Of a DNA stretch of 64,000 bases, positions 61,876 to 64,000 are shown in pieces. The position numbers were made by a program, and so were the translations under genes. The stretch is taken from the NCBI GenBank assembly GCA_028534125.1, contig CM052817.1:31994001-32058000 (forward strand). The letters are read 5' to 3'. Under the pieces are notes generated by a model that did not search any database, was not told the DNA's origin, and saw only the letters and a list, made by a program, of their open reading frames with translations. Source of the DNA: Lama glama. Lineage: Eukaryota. Within the stretch, counting starts at the first letter, position 1. Every line of letters starts with the position of its first letter.

Positions 61876-61972
61876 CTCTCTTCCAGAAACTTTCTTCTTG
61901 ACATTCCCGGATAATCTTTGAAATCTCTGCTCTGTGGATGTGCAGTTTTGATTTTGGACAAAACAACAGACT
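61876..61972 (-). CDS. OCIAD2: OCIAD2 internal coding exon (97 nt)
   Basis: Minus strand ttcgttgcag|AGT CTG...AAG AGA G|gtaatt; SLLFCPKSKLHIHRAEISKIIRECQEESFWKR. Confidence 0.95.
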
Positions 61973-62699
61973 CTGCAACGAAAGTTACGTGGTTAAGTTG
62001 ACAGAAATCATGAGAAATGCATCCGCTCTGTTTTCTCTGGAGGGAGAGGAGGTCTCCACTCTCGTCACACAGCATGCATTCTGTCCCGGCTGCCAGCCCA
62101 GAGCGATGGCCAGCTTCAGCCGGTGCATTCCAGCTGCGAATGCTGGATGGACTTAAGCAAGAAAAGAACCTCAGCTGGAGAGGCAAAGAGTGATTCACTG
62201 ACCAGTGAGCATGGAGCAGGTATCTGGTTGGAATGCATTACTGCTGGGGCCATATTTTCTCTCTTACCTCCAGCCTTTCTTTCTTACCCTGCAATACCAC
62301 TCACTCCTTTTGCCTCCTGGTCTCCGTAAGACCCGGTTCAAGGTTACTTCCTGGGTGAAGAGACTTCCCCTACAGCATAATATTTACACACCTGGGAATC
62401 ACACTCAGAGCAGTGTATTACAAGTTATCTATATCTGAATTCCAATTTACCTAGTTACACTTCACATGCATTTTTAGACTATGTGCAACCATAGTCTAAA
62501 AAGCAGCAACAGACTGCTTTTTATTTTTCTACACAGCTTACTTTCTATCTTAACAGTATTTTTTTACACATTTATAAATGGTCTGCACATAATTTCTGGT
62601 GGAACTATTGACATGGTTGACATGATTATTTTCACTAGTTCTAGAGTATTTTTTTTTTATCAAGTTGATATGCTACAATCTGGACTCTCATCTTTTATG

Positions 62700-64000
62700 A
62701 TCCCTCCCTGTTGGTAGGTATGTGTGTACTATTCACTTACTCTTGCCCACCTTCTCCATTCTCATCCTCTGCCCATCACTGCTGTTCTGGGTGTTTAATG
62801 TAGCTCTTTTGCTTGTATGTGTGCTTGCAAAATGTTCATTGTTTTGGGTGCATGCATTTCTTACTGCAAATGGCATTGTTTTATGTATTTAGTTTTATTT
62901 TTAAAGATGTTTTCAACTCAGCTCTATGCTTTTAAGATCCATCCTCATTATGATGTCTATCGAGTCCACTGTTTCTAACTGCTGCATGATTCTCCAGGAT
63001 GCTTCCAAGTCCCCACTGCCAAATGCCCCCCTTACAGACCCACATGAGAACATCTTTCAGATATATTTTGAGAAGTAAAATATAGGGATGCATATTCCCA
63101 ATGTGACAAAGTCTTGCTAGAGTGCGCTCCCCAAGGGCCACACCAGTATCCAGTCCCAGCGGCAGGGTGCTAACGTCCCTCTCTACGCCTACAGACCCTG
63201 CATGGGAGCTAGCTAAGCTGGATTCCAAGCAGGTTAGAGTAAAAGAACAGTTTTATCACTCTTGGCATTGTCCGGTTTTCTAAAATTTAACAGTCTAATA
63301 GGTAGAAAGTAGTATCTTATTATCTGACAACTAATGTGTTTGAGCATCTCTGCATATTCTCCAGCCAGACTGTCCTTCTCCAGTGTTAAGGCAATCCCTG
63401 TAACTGAGTCTGGGGTATAACAATTTGTTATTCAGTAGTTCATTAATTTTGTAATGTGGTAAAATACACTTATTTACCATTTTAAAGTATACCACTCACG
63501 GCATTAAGCACATCCACCATGTTGTGTATCCATCACCCCCACCTAGGTCCAGAACTTTTTCATCACCCCAAAAGGAAATTCCATACCCATTAAGGAGTCT
63601 CCGCATTCCCCCCTCCCTCCAACTCCCTGGAAACTACCAATCTGTTTTCTGTCTGTATGGATTTGCCTCTTCTGGATATTTTATATAAACAATATCCACA
63701 ATGTGTAAACTTTTGTGGCTGGCTTCTCTTCCTTTGCATAATGTTTCCAAGGTTCATCCACGTTGTAGCACGTATCCATATTTTTATGGCTCAATAATAT
63801 ATAAATATAACTCATTTTGTTTATCCATTCATCCATTGATGGACATCTGGGTTGTTTCCACCTTTTGGCTATTGTGAATAATGCTGCTATAAACATTCTT
63901 GTACAGGTTTTTGTTTGAACACTTGTAATCAGTTCTGCTGGGCCATATGGTAACTCTGTGTTTAACTTACTGAGGAATTACCAAACTTTTTCCATAGTAG
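62700..64000 (-). mobile_element. Old L1 3' ends (two pieces; the better preserved one is 63450-64000)
   Basis: ORF 63681..63896 MFIAALFTIAKRWKQPRCPSMDEWINKM is the L1 ORF2 C-terminus; typical 3'UTR follows. Confidence 0.85.

Larger units (their letters stand above)
55073..61972 (-). other. OCIAD2: OCIAD2 partial gene (last five coding exons; start exon not found in window)
   Basis: Minus-strand join(61972-61876,60170-60117,57463-57416,56307-56190,55154-55073) = 399 nt open frame SLLFCPKSKLHIHRAEISKIIRECQEESFWKRALPFSLVSMLVTQGLVHQGYLAANPRFGSLPKVALAGILGFGLGKASYIRVCQSKFHVFEDQLRGAGFGPGHNRHCLLTCEECKIKHGLSEEGRSQPSAS*, recognised as OCIAD2. Confidence 0.96.

Noticed and set aside
61872..62198. 108-aa minus-strand ORF that superficially resembled a hAT transposase segment (NAPAEAGHRSGLAA)
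   Set aside because: Its 3' part overlaps the real OCIAD2 exon 61876-61972 in a different frame; the resemblance is weak and lacks the catalytic DG and CxxH motifs.
1..64000. CRISPR arrays, operons or prokaryotic defence systems
   Set aside because: The sequence is mammalian (spliceosomal introns, SINE/LINE/LTR content); no regularly spaced repeat-spacer array was seen.

Overview
Mammalian genomic DNA, probably camelid (inferred from the tRNA-derived SINE family and L1 3' ends). The window holds two spliced paralogous genes arranged tail-to-tail, both almost invisible in the six-frame ORF track. OCIAD1 (+ strand) is complete: CpG-island promoter at ~27.1-27.8 kb and 8 coding exons at 28924-49396, giving 744 nt = 247 aa + stop, all GT-AG. 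OCIAD2 (- strand) contributes its last five coding exons at 61972-55073 (132 aa + stop); I did not find its start exon, which probably lies beyond the right edge. The rest is repeat-rich: L2, MIR, MaLR/MER21-type LTRs, hAT and Tigger fossils, L1 pieces, eight lineage-specific SINEs, and a 3'-truncated 5S rRNA retropseudogene with a target-site duplication (TSD). I found no wholly new system. The best leads are: an AG|GTAAG recursive-splice-like site before an OCIAD1 exon; two routes to a truncated 189-aa OCIAD1; inverted SINEs bracketing OCIAD2 exons; candidate upstream OCIAD1 5' exons; an internally deleted L1 next to the promoter; and an OCIAD2 3' end with no nearby canonical AATAAA. Gene identities and repeat names come from recall of known sequences, not database searches. 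Exon numbers assume one non-coding first exon per gene. Repeat boundaries are approximate unless a TSD is given.
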